Of a stretch of 64,000 bases of DNA, positions 12,958-29,193 are shown in pieces. Both the position numbers and the translations under genes were made by a program. Positions within the stretch are counted from its first letter, which is position 1. Every line of letters starts with the position of its first letter. Source of the stretch: Chrysomallon squamiferum (lineage: Eukaryota > Animalia > Mollusca); contig CM022675.1 of assembly GCA_012295275.1 (NCBI GenBank), forward strand, positions 15,686,001 through 15,750,000, read 5' to 3'. A model generated the notes under the pieces. It saw only the letters and a list, made by a program, of their open reading frames with translations, made no database searches and was not told where the DNA came from.

Positions 12958-13220
12958 TATACTACCAACACCATTACCACCACCACCACAACTACTACTA
13001 CTCTACTACTCTACCACTACTACAACTACAACTACCACTACCACTACTACAACCACTACTACTACTACAACTACAACTACCACTACTACAACCACTACTA
13101 CTACTACAACCACTACTACTATTACTACTACTACTACTACTACTACTACAACTACTACTACTACTACTACAACTACTACTACTACTACTACCACTACGAC
13201 TACTATTACTGCTACTACTA
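12958..13220 (+). repeat. (CTA/CCA/CAA)n microsatellite
   Basis: Directly visible. Confidence 0.95.
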
Positions 13221-13586
13221 TACACATTTTCTATACAGTTAAGATAAAAAATAACATGAACATGCAGTTTTTCAGAATATCAATAAAGTTGTCATAATTT
13301 CAACACGCTTAGTTATTTGTGTATATCGACAGTGTCAATATTGTCATTTCGTGGATAATTCGATAAAGAAATATTTATTTTTCTTATAACGAAAGACGTG
13401 ATAACGATTAGGTCTGTACTTTAAGACGACGCTGTTTGTTCGGCGTGAAACTACATCAGCAATAACAAAAACATCGTCTACAGCGACATCATCGTTAGCA
13501 TGAATACTGATGAAAGCAACGCCAGTCATGTATACAAATTAGTTTTGAAATTTACATAAACAACCCCATGTAAAAAAAAAACAATG

Positions 13587-14050
13587 GTAATAGTAGTATT
13601 AACTATTGTAAAATTAGCAATACTTGTAACAGTAATAGTAATAGCAAAAACAATAGTAGTATGGTTGTAGTAATAACTGTAGTAATATTAGTACTACTAG
13701 TAATTATAGTAGTAACAGTAGTAATAGTACTAATAGTAGTTGTAATAATAATACTGATGATAGTAATGTTAGTACTAGTAATAACTGTACTAGTAATTGT
13801 AGTACTCGTACTAATAGTAGTAGTGTTTGTACCAGTAATTGTAGTAGTAATAGTAGTAATAATAACAGTAGTAGTGGTAACAAGGATTACAACGATAATA
13901 ATGATAACAACGAATGTGATAATGATGAAAATGATAATGATGATGGTGATAGTGTATACATGAATGTTTATGAGGGTAACTGTAATGATGTTAATGATGA
14001 AGATGGTGATACTGATGATGATGACGATGATGATAATGATGACGACAACG
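13587..14050 (+). repeat. Degenerate (GTA)n then (GAT)n microsatellite
   Basis: Directly visible. Confidence 0.88.
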
Positions 14051-15066
14051 ATTATAACAGGATTATAGTAAATTAAAGAATTGTTAGAATATAAACCAGT
14101 CTTAAATGTTACAACTCACATGAAGATATGAGTAGCAGACAGCAGGTAACGATCCCGGAACCTGTCAGATTTTAATCCTGCACGTGAAGCCTAGTGCTGG
14201 TGGAACAGACGTCAACTGATAAGGAAAATGTCGAGTATCTGACAAATGGCGTGAACAGACAGGGTTACAACAGAAACAAGAAGACACAAGAAATGTATTT
14301 TTTACTTCACTTGTTGCATTGATTAGTCTGGCCTATTCACGATTTGAAGAGCGCCTTTCATATCCAGCACTTTAGAAAAAACAGCTGTTCTCGCCAAATT
14401 TGTCATTTTCTCGTAAAAATGATCTTTACGTACTTAACGGCGGATCTGGACAATACACTAATAGGACTAAAGGGTATTTCATAAATCTGTTATGTTAGCC
14501 TTGTTACTGCCACGTAAAAACAGCAATACGTTCTCTGTGTTTAGACAACTGAGCTGAGTGCAGGGCTGGCACACGGAGGGTAACAGGATCGTCTCTTGTA
14601 AATACGATCTCTGCACCATTTCTGTTACATCCAGAGCTTTGTGTCTGGTTTATGAAAAAATCCTAGTACACGTTTTTCTGTTTGGGGATTGATGCTTATA
14701 AAGATTCCTTGCTAAAAATAAAAGCGTATCGGGTTTCTTTTCTCGTTCCCTCTCTGAACATATGTCTGTCCGTCTCTATCTCTATCTGTCCATCATTATG
14801 TTTTGGGGAAATTAAAAATAAAGCATGCAGACAAACAGAAAGACAGAAATGATAAAAGAAAGATAGAAAAACAGTTACATAAATAGATAGATACACTTAA
14901 TACTTAACTTAGATACATACACACATAATGGATAGACAGAGAGACAAACAGATAGACAGACACATAGATCAATATATAAATAGATAGATTATAGATCAAC
15001 ATATGGATTCATGGGTAGTGTTCACGTTAAAGTACACAGAAAAAATAATAGCATGTTTCACGTTAA

Positions 15067-15129
<63 letters not shown>

Positions 15130-15562
15130 AAGAAATAAAAGAAAGAAAGAAAAAAGAAAAGAAGATGCAGCGAGTTTCTACAGAAGTTTCTAAGTCAGAA
15201 CAACCAAATATTTAACATCCACTAACAGAAGACAGCGCATCATTATTAATTTAAAACTGAAAATTTCTGCATCCACTGCACAAAACCTCTTTAAACAGAA
15301 CTGAATTTCTGACAAGCCAAAGAGGACAAACAGATACTGTAAGAAATTTTTGTAAAATAAGAGCTAATATCAAAATGTTTGCATTAGAAGTTTTCTTTTT
15401 GCAGTCTGTATTGACTGTCCGTGTGTCTGTTTGTCCAGCAGCCACGGAGAATGTTTGTCTAACTTCCGTTAAGTGGATTAAAACGAGGCAGAGCGGAAGT
15501 TCTAATTTGATTACGTGGAGTTGAGATTATTTGAAGAAAACAGCTGTACAAGTTTGAATTAC

Positions 15563-15770
<208 letters not shown>

Positions 15771-15882
15771 CACGTCACATGAAATATTATTTTTAAATAC
15801 GTCATACCAAACTTACTTCTAATACGCTGGGATCGAATCTTACGATTACACCAACTTAGACGACACTTTTCTAAAATGTTTT

Positions 15883-15913
<31 letters not shown>

Positions 15914-16145
15914 CACACACAACACACACAGATAACTCTTTTAGAAATACACAAATGTCTAAAAAATTTCATATACAGTTAGTTTTCCATTATTTATTTC
16001 TTTTTCTTTTTATTTATGATCAATAAATATTTGTTAACAATAACGTAAATGATTTTATCACCGTCAAAAATCTTTTTATTTGTTTCAAGGATCACAACAC
16101 ACGATAGTATATATTTTTTCACTAATGTTAATGAGTAATGTCAAG

Positions 16146-16205
<60 letters not shown>

Positions 16206-17306
16206 TCATTTTATAATTTATTTTTATTTTATTTTTTTGTCTGGGGGTTTTCGTTGCGTTTTTTATTTTTATTTTATTTTTTTCTAGTTCTCTTTAAATT
16301 AATTTTAATGTGTGCTAGATCTTCCGATATGCTATAAAGTTAAAATATTCATGATAATATTTTTCTTCGTGTTTTTAAAAAAAATTTAAGTTATGAACGA
16401 TTTATCGTGACACAGTTATTGACTTTTTATTAATTGAACTTAATATTATCATAACATAACAACATACATCATAATAATTTACATCATAACATCAAAAAAT
16501 CATAACATCATAATATCGAAAAGTACGATTTATCGAAGCACCTTCCCTCCTATCTTTTTAATAATCGCGCAAGACACGTCATATCGTTGCAAAACTTACG
16601 AAATCAGTTCTAAAACATCATATTATCGATAAAATTTTAATGCGCGATTAATCGGTCTGACGTCATTGTAAACGTGTAAGGCCCGATTAATCGACATCCA
16701 ACACTGCTAGAAAGGTTTCGTATAAATAAATCAGCAAATAAATAATTTTTAATAAACGTTCCCTTATTAAGTTATTTAACCAAATCTTTCTTTGCAAAGT
16801 AAACAAGATAAAAAAAAACATCATCAATACTTACCTATGAGTACAAACGTAACGAGTTGTTCTCTAGAGCAGAAATTTAATTATTTCTTCCCGACGCATC
16901 TCCGAGAAGTTCATTAAACCGCGCGTGCCACTTAAGTTTTATTCCAAACTGCGGGCCTGTGTTTTTTTCCAATAAGACGATATTCATTTTTGTCACTCTA
17001 AAAACGTCTATAGGGCTATTAGCGTGTTAAATTTTCCATGCAAACATTACATTGATTAATGTTAAATTATTAAAGTAAATCCTCGCGAGATATAATTCAT
17101 TTTGACAGCAGATACAAGGTTGTAATGGAAAAGATTGTGGCTAAGTACGTTGAAAAAATACATTATTAAATGTCATAAATCATACCTCGTTTTTTTATTT
17201 ATTTATAAGCGTCTGTACAAGTTTCTAAATAAATCCAGACACACACACGCGCGCACACACACAGGCACAACATATATACATTTTCTTTCTCTCTCCCCCC
17301 TTCCAG

Positions 17307-17504
<198 letters not shown>

Positions 17505-17509
17505 AGTGG

Positions 17510-17688
17510 TGAACGTCCTCCACGGAGCTATATTGACATACTAATTTGTAAAAAGACAGATATGACACCAGTCAATATTTCTGTGATAATTTACATATTA
17601 ACAACTGTACAGCTTAACAGCCGTCAGCAAAACCCTCACCTTCTAGACACTGTTTTTTTTTTTTTTTTTTTTTATCTGTATAATTATT
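17510..17688 (-). repeat. Dispersed repeat A, copy 2 (inverted, longer version)
   Basis: Its reverse complement matches 6865-7010 and carries an extra GACTGGTGTCATATCTGTCTTTTTACAAATT (31 bp, minus-strand reading). Confidence 0.92.
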
Positions 17689-17754
17689 AACAGAGAGAGA
17701 GATGATGTTTTGGATAAACGGATAAAAACAGAAAAACAGACAGAAAACAGATAT

Positions 17755-17774
17755 AGAAAGACAGACAGACAGAT

Positions 17775-17809
<35 letters not shown>

Positions 17810-17861
17810 TAGACAGATAGACAGATAGATAGATACATAGATAGATAGATAGATAGATAGG

Positions 17862-17905
<44 letters not shown>

Positions 17906-17957
17906 CAGTCAGACAGACAGACAGATAGACAGACAGACATACAGATAGATAGATAGG

Positions 17958-17989
<32 letters not shown>

Positions 17990-18028
17990 TAGATAGATAG
18001 ACAGATACATAGATACATAGATACATAC

Positions 18029-18117
<89 letters not shown>

Positions 18118-18132
18118 TAGACAGATAGATAG
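17755..18132 (+). repeat. (GATA)n/(GACA)n compound microsatellite
   Basis: Directly visible. Confidence 0.95.
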
Positions 18133-18945
18133 AGAATTAAAATTCTAATCGTGTTTACATTCTGTTTAAGCTGGCCGCGCTGTATTTCTCTGTGTTATAA
18201 AAACAGACAAATGAAATTAACTCACTCAGCGCTGTGGAGATGCGGCGGACATTTTAACTAAAAGGAATCAAACACGTTTTGCGTCTGGGGAATGAAGAGT
18301 GAGTACGACTGTGAGTACTGTGAGCACAGCAGTGACTACGACGTCAGTTCCTAGGAGACGCAGAACGTCACCTCGTCACGAGAAACAGTGTTTTACATTC
18401 TCTGTGCGAAACTTAATTAACACGCGTCACAATCCTGTGACGTCGACAAAACTCAGCGAACGTCAAGGAAACGAATTCTGCTATTTAGTGTTTCATAATT
18501 AAAATAATCATAATAATTAAAGTTAAAGTGCAAAATTTGCGTCAAAGTAGTTATTAAATAGCTGTATAATATATTTATATAGATAGATAATATTTATGAT
18601 ATATAGATAAATGTTAATGCTAAACTTCCAAAAATACAGAAAAAACTGATATATTAAAATATTAAAATGATATTTAAATTTTGCTATCAATATTGCCATT
18701 TAAAACTGCAATAAATAATTATTAATGTTTAGTATTAAAACTGTATCACTGACATTGTGATATTAAAATTGCATTATTTAAGTTGTACTGTCAAAAATGT
18801 ATTATTAAATCGAATTATTAAAACTGTTTTATTAATATTGGGATTATTAAAACAAATTTTAAAATATACATACAACAATAAATCTGGATTATTAAAAATA
18901 ACTAGTTTAACATTTACGTTTAAAATTTCAATTTGAAGTTGTAAT

Positions 18946-19162
18946 AATTATGAAAACACCACTATTAAAATTAGAAATTATAAGTTATATTAATTATGAA
19001 AACACCACTATTAAAATTAGAAATTATAAGTTATATTAATTATGAAAACTCCACTATTAAAATTAGAAATTAGAAGTTATATTAATTATGAAAACACAAC
19101 TGTTAAAATTAGAAATTAGAAGTTATATTAATTATGAAAACACCACTATTAAAATTAGAAAC
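18946..19162 (+). repeat. AT-rich minisatellite, 46-bp unit, about 4.7 copies
   Basis: TGAAAA anchor at 18951, 18997, 19043, 19089 and 19135. Confidence 0.93.
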
Positions 19163-20031
19163 TTTAACCTATTACAGCTACGAAAACATTATCATTGAAA
19201 TTTAAAACTTTAAGCTATAATAACTTTGAAAACACCACAATTAAAAAAAAATATACCTCACACTTTTTATCTTCAAAGACAGGCAGACTTCAAACACGGA
19301 ATTCTGTCAGTACAACCACGTTTGAAAGTAGCCTTTACTGGACTGGAACGAGTAACTCTCAGAGTTTAAACTGAGGCACAAACTCGTTTCTGATACGAAT
19401 CAGACGACAGCAAGCAAAACTGAATGACACGAAATGTACTACAGAAGTCGTGAGAATCTGTGTCACGTGACGTGTCTAAGTTTAGTTACAGTATGAAGAA
19501 GTCTCGGAGATATTCTCGCGAGATGTGACAGTCTGAATGTGGGTGACGCGTGGGTGGGACGTCACGACGGTCAACAGGACAATGGTCAGCAGATGAAGGC
19601 GATTGGCTGACAGTTTATCAATAGCAACTGATAATTTATAACGCGTCCATTGTGGTAATTTCTGTGAAGAAATTTTTCCGCGAACCGATTTTTAATTATT
19701 TATTTATTTATTATTATCATTACTGCCGTAGATGTTGTTGTTGTTGTCGTTGTTATTGTTTGTTGTTTTTTGCTATTGTCATTATAATTATTATAATTAT
19801 TGATACTGTTGTTATTGTAATTGTTATTATTATTATTGTTGTTGTTGTTGTTGTAGTTGTTGTTGTTGTTGATGCAGAGCCACGTGGAGCCACAATGCAG
19901 GGTTGACCATCTAACGTACGTGTGAATTTGTACGAATAAATTTATATCCAACTATAAGTTTTGTCTCACAGTTTGTTTTGCTATAGGTATATACAATTCC
20001 AAACATGTGTGTGTGTGTCTGTTCTGTGTTT

Positions 20032-20034
<3 letters not shown>

Positions 20035-20093
<59 letters not shown>

Positions 20094-20622
20094 AAAGATA
20101 GACAGATACATTCAAAGATATACATAAACACACATAGAAAGACAAACATAAATACACACACATGCAAACACATAAACACATACATTCAAATATATACATA
20201 AACACACATATTCAAATACAAACATACATACACACACAGGCGCAATACACACAAACACACGCATACATTCACACATACACATACACACACATACACACAC
20301 ACTTACTGACACATATACACACACATACACACACACATACACACACAGACATATACACAATCATAAACACACATACACACACATACATTCACACACATAC
20401 ACACACACAAACACACACACATACACACACATATACACACATACACACACTCTTATACACACATATACACACATACACACATACACACACATACACACAA
20501 CATACACTCACACACATACACACAAAATACACACAAACACACACACACATACACACACATACACACACACACATACACACACACACACTCTTATACAACA
20601 TACACACACATACACGCACACA
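20035..20622 (+). repeat. (GA)n followed by degenerate (CA/CATA)n
   Basis: Directly visible. Confidence 0.92.
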
Positions 20623-21239
20623 GATTTATTCCTGGATGTGATGTTTCTGAACCAGACAGGAGAAGAGTGGACACAAGACGTGCAGATATTTACACTGGTT
20701 TCTCCTTTCTGTGTCACAGCTAAACGTAATGTGTCTGCTGAAAGGTGAAATAGTACAGCAGAACAAGAAAACACGCAAACTATCAAAAAAGGACCATAAT
20801 GTGTGTTTTTTTTCTTCTTCTTCTTCTTCTTTTTTCTTTGCTTTCATTGAACAATTTTATGGTGCTGGTTTTGGTTTAAATGTTCATCAATTGCGTTTGA
20901 AGCTGTTTAGTAGTCAAAAAGTTGACCTTAATTACCATCAGGGACAACTGAAACTCCCCCAGCCCCGGGCAGGTTGGGACAGTTTCAGTGGGTGTATTTA
21001 ACCATTCATTATTAAAAGCGAATAACAAACCAGAGGAACATTCAGTGGTTTGTAATTACTCCTAAATAAATAAAGTTTCGTTTCAACTACTCTGAGTGTT
21101 TGTTTTCTGATTTGTATTCGAATTTTAGTTTAAAATTCCAAAATGTGTGAAAAACCTGCCCTATATCTGACCTTTCAGTTTTTATCGGAGTTAAACAAAA
21201 TAATAATAATAAAAATAACAATAATAATAAAAAGTAAAA

Positions 21240-21288
<49 letters not shown>

Positions 21289-21304
21289 GTAATAGTAATA
21301 ATAA

Positions 21305-21340
<36 letters not shown>

Positions 21341-21882
21341 TATTATTATTATTATTATTATTATTAATTACCATTATTAACCAACACCACCACCACCACC
21401 ATCTCCAACAACAACGACAACAATAAAGATAATGATGATGATGAAGCCGACACAAAGACGCCTACCTGGTTCCTACCAGAAATAAAATCACTGCAGCATT
21501 ACGTCTGGTCACTACAACTAGGCTCCGCTTACAAAAGTGACCACCAGACGTCGCCTGTGGTATTTCCATTCACAACAGATCGTGCACTAATTTTAGTCGT
21601 GCAAATGTTAGTACGCGCTATAAGCAGACACGTTTGGTATTTTGGGTTGGAGGAGTGTTCAAAATCGTGATGATTCTTTGGCTTTAGGCTGGAGCATAGA
21701 TATTGCGGAGATACTAGGACATACACCAGGTGGAAAATAGACAAATAAAAGTGCGTCCGTTCGTGCGTGTATGCATGCGTGTGAATGTGTGCGAATGTAT
21801 TTATATCCAGTTATGACTTCAGTATCACGATTTGTTTTGCTCTAGGTATGGGCACTAATCCTAAAACCTGGAATAAATTTGG

Positions 21883-22511
<629 letters not shown>

Positions 22512-23153
22512 GAAAGACCAATTGACATTCAACCAAGAAGACAGATATACAAATATACACAAAGACGAAATGACTAAAAGGTTTTTGATATGTTCAGAAA
22601 AAAGAAAATATGATGAAGGAAATAGAAACTCTTTTAATCTTTTTGTGTTGTGTTTTGTGTTTGTTTTTTTCTCTTTAAATATTATTCAGTGGACAATCAA
22701 GCCGTATCCTAATCTAAATTATCAATGAACAAGATTTCTTTAGAGTGATAATTCTTGTTCAACAGGGATACAGTTACTGAAATACAGCTATACTGCAACA
22801 TAAGTAAGGTTTCTGGTGAAATGATTCTAGATTAGTGTTAAGGTAAAAACACACGTACAAACACACACACAGAGAGAAAACAAACTGAGAGGTAACATGT
22901 ACAGAACTGATTAATCCAACTCATTTAAGGTTAGCAGGTCGTAAGAACGAACCCTGTACTTTCCGTTACCTGGTTTTGAAAACGTGAACGATAAAGAATA
23001 TTCTGTTTGATCACTAATTAATTATGTAAAGATTTACAATTAAAGCTAAAATTGTTTCGCACAGAGAGAATGCAGGAGATTGGATTATGACAGTTCAGGC
23101 TTCATCGATTTACATTCAATAGATTTAAGTAATATTAAATATCTCTTTCTGAC

Positions 23154-23301
<148 letters not shown>

Positions 23302-24621
23302 AGCTTTCCTATTATAATTATTTATTTGGTTTTAATATTTATTTCATTTTTACTGCATTTTTAATTTCATTTGATTCACAAAGTATATAAATTTTTTGTT
23401 TTATTAAAGTAATTTAGGAGCCAGGAAACTAACTCGACTGCTGCTTTTTTTTTTTGTATGTGTGTGTGAAGAGTTTACCAATTTGAAAAATAATTAAATT
23501 TTCGTTTTTAAAAATATCACACAAAAAAGACGTTACAATATACGACAATCAGATTAGCAGTATCTCAAGACTCTAAATAAATCAGATATCTTTTGCGAGG
23601 CAGGCAGCAGAAAATATAACCGTAATGGTTGACATTAATTCTGCATCCTTGAAATTTGTGACTCCGTCAAGCGTGTGATCACGTTTTATGCCAGACTGCA
23701 CGTGCAAAAAAGACCATATTACATTCGAGTCTTGGCAGGCCGGTACGAAACCAGTTCTTATAAAATATGATTACCTGCTGGCAAGTCGGTTTCTTCTCAA
23801 CTTCATACGTTATTCTGAAACCTCGTCTCAACCTGAATAAATAAATAAATTAATTAATTAATTAATAATTAAATTATTTAAGTAAGTAAGTAAGTAAGTA
23901 AATAAATAAATAAATAAAAAATAAATATGTAAATTATTTAGGAAGTAAATAAATAAATACATAAATAAGTAAATTATTAAGTAAGTAAATAAGTTAATAA
24001 ATAAATAAATAATAAGTAAGTAAATAAGTAAGTAATTAAATAAATAAATATATATATTATTAAGTAAGTGAATAAGTAAATAAATTTAAAATTTTGAGTG
24101 TCAGTAAATCATTGAATAATTTCAGTCTGATTTAAGATGGAATTTATTTAATGAAGAACAAAGAAAGAAAGAGAGAAGGAAAGAAGCAAAGTTTGAAAGA
24201 GAAAAAAAGAAAAAGAAAAATATTATTACTACTATAGTTACTACTACTGCCACTGATGATGAAGATGATGATGATGATGATGATAATAATAATAATAAAA
24301 ACAGCATCAACAACAACAGTAACAACACAAAAATAAACTGATAGATGTAAAGCATGTGTGTTGTTTACTATTTTCTAGCTGTGGATGGTGTTAATCTAGG
24401 TTACAAAATAATAAAATATTAACACGAACATTTCATTATGACAGCCGACGTCGTTGACCACTAACATAAATAAGTGTAAAGTGTCAGAGTAGCATGCTGA
24501 CAGCCTGACGTCACGCAATAGATATATTAACAGACTTACCATCAGCTGTTTGCAGGAAGATGTGTTTTATTTATTAGTACTAACAATATGAAAATTACTT
24601 TGTCAATTATAATACATATAG

Positions 24622-24656
<35 letters not shown>

Positions 24657-24969
24657 GTAAAAATTTATTTATAACTAGTGTTTAATTCTAATACACTGAA
24701 TGTCGTAGTGAAATTTTTGAACTCTTTTCACCACCTTTATCATAAACCAAATCTCTGTCTGTGTGTCTGTCTCTGTGTGTAAAAAGTGTGTGTGTGTGTG
24801 TTTCTGATGTGTGTTTTATGTGTGTGCAGTGTGTCTGCACATATTTATAACTAGTTTTAATTGCTAATACACTGAATGTCGTAGTGAAATGTTTTGAACA
24901 ATGAAGTAAATCGCCTTTTTGACCACCTTTACTAGAATTTCATAAACCAAATCTCATGCTGTGCACTCA

Positions 24970-24971
<2 letters not shown>

Positions 24972-25000
<29 letters not shown>

Positions 25001-25081
25001 CTGTGTGTGTTTGTTATGTATGTGTCTGTGTATGTGTGTGTGTGTGTCTGTGTGTGCGTATATGTCCGTGTGTGTTTGTTG

Positions 25082-25114
<33 letters not shown>

Positions 25115-25205
25115 CTGTGTGTGCGTATATGTCCGTGTGTGTTTGTTGTGTCTGTGTATGTGTGTATGTCTGTGTGTGTCTGTGTGTCTGTGTGTGTGTG
25201 TGTGT

Positions 25206-25237
<32 letters not shown>

Positions 25238-25330
25238 GTGTGCGTACATGTCCGTGTGTGTTTGTGTATGTATGTGTGTATATGTGTGTGTGTCTGTGTG
25301 TTTGTGTATGTGCAGATGTATGTGTATGTA
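24972..25330 (+). repeat. Imperfect (GT)n with internally duplicated variant blocks
   Basis: GCGTATATGTCCGTGTGTGTTTG-type blocks recur three times inside the tract. Confidence 0.92.
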
Positions 25331-25809
25331 TTTATTTATTATAAATTAACATGACACAAATGTAAAAAGCTAAAAGATCAATTCAGAACACAAAAACTTC
25401 AGCTCATTAAGAGCACAACTGTGTCTTTCTCCTGGTCTGTCAAGGCTGCAGTCAAACAATCAAAACAGTTCTCCACCTGCTGTCGCATATCACACATCTC
25501 CACGATGACGTGCATGTGGTCATCACGGTCGCACGACGTCCAAGGTTACTATATTAACACGACACGTTCATACCACATCTACTCGGGCACTTAATTACTA
25601 CAGAAACTACGACGTGGTGGTTCGACCAGAACCTTTACAACAGTTATCTGAGTATTACGTAGTACACACGTGGTTATTGAGTTATACTTTGAAACCCACT
25701 GCAAATTATTACAAGCGGATGTTATTGGTTTCGTCACATTTCGTGTTACTTTCATTGTTATTCACATTCATTGCTAATCTTTCTTGTCAGTTATTAATTA
25801 AACAGATTT

Positions 25810-26092
25810 CGTTTTACATCATTACATTACATTTTATATCATTACGTTACATTTTATATCATTACGTTGTATTTTATATCATTACGTTGTATTTTATATC
25901 ATTACGTTACATTTTATATCATTACGTTGTAATTTATATCATTACGTTACATGTTATATCATTACGATGTATTTTATATCATTACGTTACATTTTATATC
26001 ATTACGTTGTAATGTATATCATTACGTTACATTTTATATCATTACGATGTATTTTATATCATTACGTTACATTTTATATCATTACGATGTAT
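25810..26092 (+). repeat. Minisatellite, 20-bp unit ATTTTATATCATTACGTT(AC/GT), about 14 copies
   Basis: ATTACG recurs with an exact 20-bp period. Confidence 0.96.
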
Positions 26093-26296
26093 TTGATAAT
26101 TGCCTTTTATCTTTTGTCTCTTCTGTTATGTTCTGTTCTTTCTTTAGTTATTTGTTTGTTTTGTTAATTATTTATTATCTTTGTGTTGTAAATACTGCGA
26201 TATGAATTGAAATTGTTAACTGTAATTTTTATTATTACAGAACATATACATAGTAAAAAATCAATAACAAACAAATAATAAATAATAATAATAATA

Positions 26297-26361
<65 letters not shown>

Positions 26362-26594
26362 AATTAAAATTAAAATTAAAATTAAAATTAAAACCAAAAA
26401 AGCCAACAAAGAATATCCCCCTCCAAAACGTTTTTAGAAAGCAGCAAGTAAACATAAATTTGAAAAAAATTATATAAAATTAAAACGATAAAAACTGAAC
26501 AACAAACAATGAAATACATTACAAAAACAAATAAATAAATAAAAACTAAACAAAATAAAAAAATCAACAACAAAACACAAGAAAACAACCCCCC

Positions 26595-26630
<36 letters not shown>

Positions 26631-27079
26631 AAAAGATTATCATTGCAACATGACATTTTTACTTTGTAAGTCTTTACATCCCTTTCTGAGTTGCTTTTCT
26701 GTTTGAAAACAGGCAACAAAACCTTGACCCTCAACTCACCCCACACCCTCGTTTACACGAATTTCAAACAATCATTAAATATTGCTGCCAGCGATCTCCG
26801 TATTAGAGGTAGTAATTATAATAATTAAATGAAAGTGGTAGGAATAATGATGATGATGATGATAACTGCCATTAGCATCCATATGATGACAGAAAATTAT
26901 AATTAAGATGAATATTTTAGATATATTTGCTGTCTGTTAAAACTAAAGTATACAACAAATTCTATATTACGACCACTCCTTATACATTATGTTTTAAACT
27001 CCGTAGTAAGACCATCTTGTTAGTTATGTAAACCTGTATACTACAACTACTGTAAAATCTTGCTAATTGCTTTAAACAA

Positions 27080-28344
27080 TACTTAATAGATGCCATCATC
27101 ATATAGAACAAAGCTTAACAAATGCAGTCACTATACAAAACAACGCTTAGTAGATACCATCATCATATAGAAAAAAGCTTAACAGATGCCATCATTATAG
27201 AACAAAGCTTAACAAATGTTATCATTATAAAACAACGCTTAATAGATGCCATCATTATTTAGAACAACGCTTAACAAATGCAGTCACTCTACAGAAAAAC
27301 ACTTAACAGATGCAGTCACTCTACAGAAGAACGCGCAACAGATGCAGTCACTCTACAGATGAACGCTTAACAGATGCAGTCACTCTACAGAAGAACGCGT
27401 AACAGATGCAGTCACTCTACAGAAGAACGCTTAACAGATGCAGTCACTCTACAGAAGAACGCGTAACAGATGCAGTCACTCTACAGAAGAACGCGCAACA
27501 GATGCAGTCATTCTACAGAAGAACGCGCAACAGATGCTACAGAGTAACAGATGCAGTCACTCACAGAAGAACGCTAAAACAGATGCTAAACAGATCAATC
27601 ACCTACAGAAGAACGCTAAACAGATGCAGTCACTACAGAAGAACGCGTCACAGATGCAATCAACAGAAGAACGCTAAACAGATGCAGTCACACCACAGAA
27701 GAACGCGTAACAGATGCAGTCACTCTACAGAAGAACGCTAAACAGATGCAGTCACTCTACAGAAGAACGCTAAACAGATGCAGTCACTCTACAGAAGAAC
27801 GCTAAACAGATGCAGTCACTACAGAAGAATGCTAAACAGATGCAGTCACTACAGAAGAACGCTAAACAGATGCAGTCGCTACAGAAGAACGCGTAACAGA
27901 TGCAGTCACTACAGAAGAACGCTTAACAGATGCAGTCACTCTACAGAAGAACGCGTAACAGATGCAGTCACTACAGAAGAAGAACAGATGCAGTCAACAG
28001 AAGATAAACAGATGCACACCACAGAAGAACGCGTAACAGATGCAGAAGAAGTAAACAGATGCAGTCACTACAGAACAACGCTAAACAGATGCAATCACTC
28101 ACCACTAAACAGAAGAAACAGAAGAACGCTAAACAGATGCAGTCACTCTACAGAAGAACGCTAAACAGATGCAGTCACTACAGAAGAACGCTAAACAGAT
28201 GCAGTCACTACAGAAGAACGCTAAACAGATGCAGTCACTACAGAAGAACGCGTAACAGATGCAGTCACTCTACAGAACAACGCTTAACAGATGCAGTCAC
28301 TACAGAAGAACGCTTAACAGATGCAGTCACTACAGAAGAACGCT
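27080..28344 (+). repeat. Large minisatellite, 29-32-bp unit AACAGATGCAGTCACT(CT)ACAGAAGAACGC(GT/TT/T), roughly 40 copies
   Basis: Directly visible. Units are diverged at the left end (27080-27290) and homogeneous toward the right. Confidence 0.96.
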
Positions 28345-28726
28345 GAAATACTTTGTGCTGACAGACTGAAGCTTGCAGAGTTCTCGTCACGCTGTGAGCA
28401 GAGAACAGGTTCAGATTCGTCTCAAGCTGATCAGTTCTGTGGAACCCGCTAATGTACAGAATGGATTTTATGAGAACGAATGTCTCCTTCACCAGCATCT
28501 TTGTGTCAGTAGGAGCAATGTAGTTAAAAAAAAAACACAAATATTATTGTAAACTGTCAGACGGTCAAAAAGATGGGTATTGGTAACGTATTTGTAAATA
28601 AAGAAAAATTCAACTATATATATATATATATATTTATAGTGATATCTCCTTAGAAATCTATTAATATAATCGTCCGTTATTTTTCTCTTTCTTTCTTCTT
28701 ATTAATTAATTAATACTTATTATTAC

Positions 28727-28796
<70 letters not shown>

Positions 28797-29145
28797 TTGA
28801 AATAAGTACTCTATGGAAATGATTATACACTTAATATTTTATAAATGCTACTAATCGCTAAAATGGCCAAGCTAATAAATTGGCTTATTAAATTTTCATC
28901 TTCCGCGTAGACTTGTTACATTACATTACAACGTATCACGTTATATTAATTTACCCTGAAGTGTATTTCATTACTGTATTATACAGCGTTACGTCATATT
29001 ATATTATATTATATTAAACTGTGTTATATGATACTGTATTATATTGTGCTATGCTGTGTTATATTATATTATGTTATGCTGTTATGTTACTGTATCACAT
29101 CACATTATATGTAACTGTACATAAATTAAGTGTCTATGTATACGT

Positions 29146-29155
29146 GATGATGATA

Positions 29156-29193
<38 letters not shown>

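Noticed and set aside
27406-28346. Repetitive ORFs (RRTLNRCSHY / TEERVTDAV)
   Set aside because: Unit length varies from 29 to 32 bp, so the frame shifts constantly; not consistent with a coding repeat.
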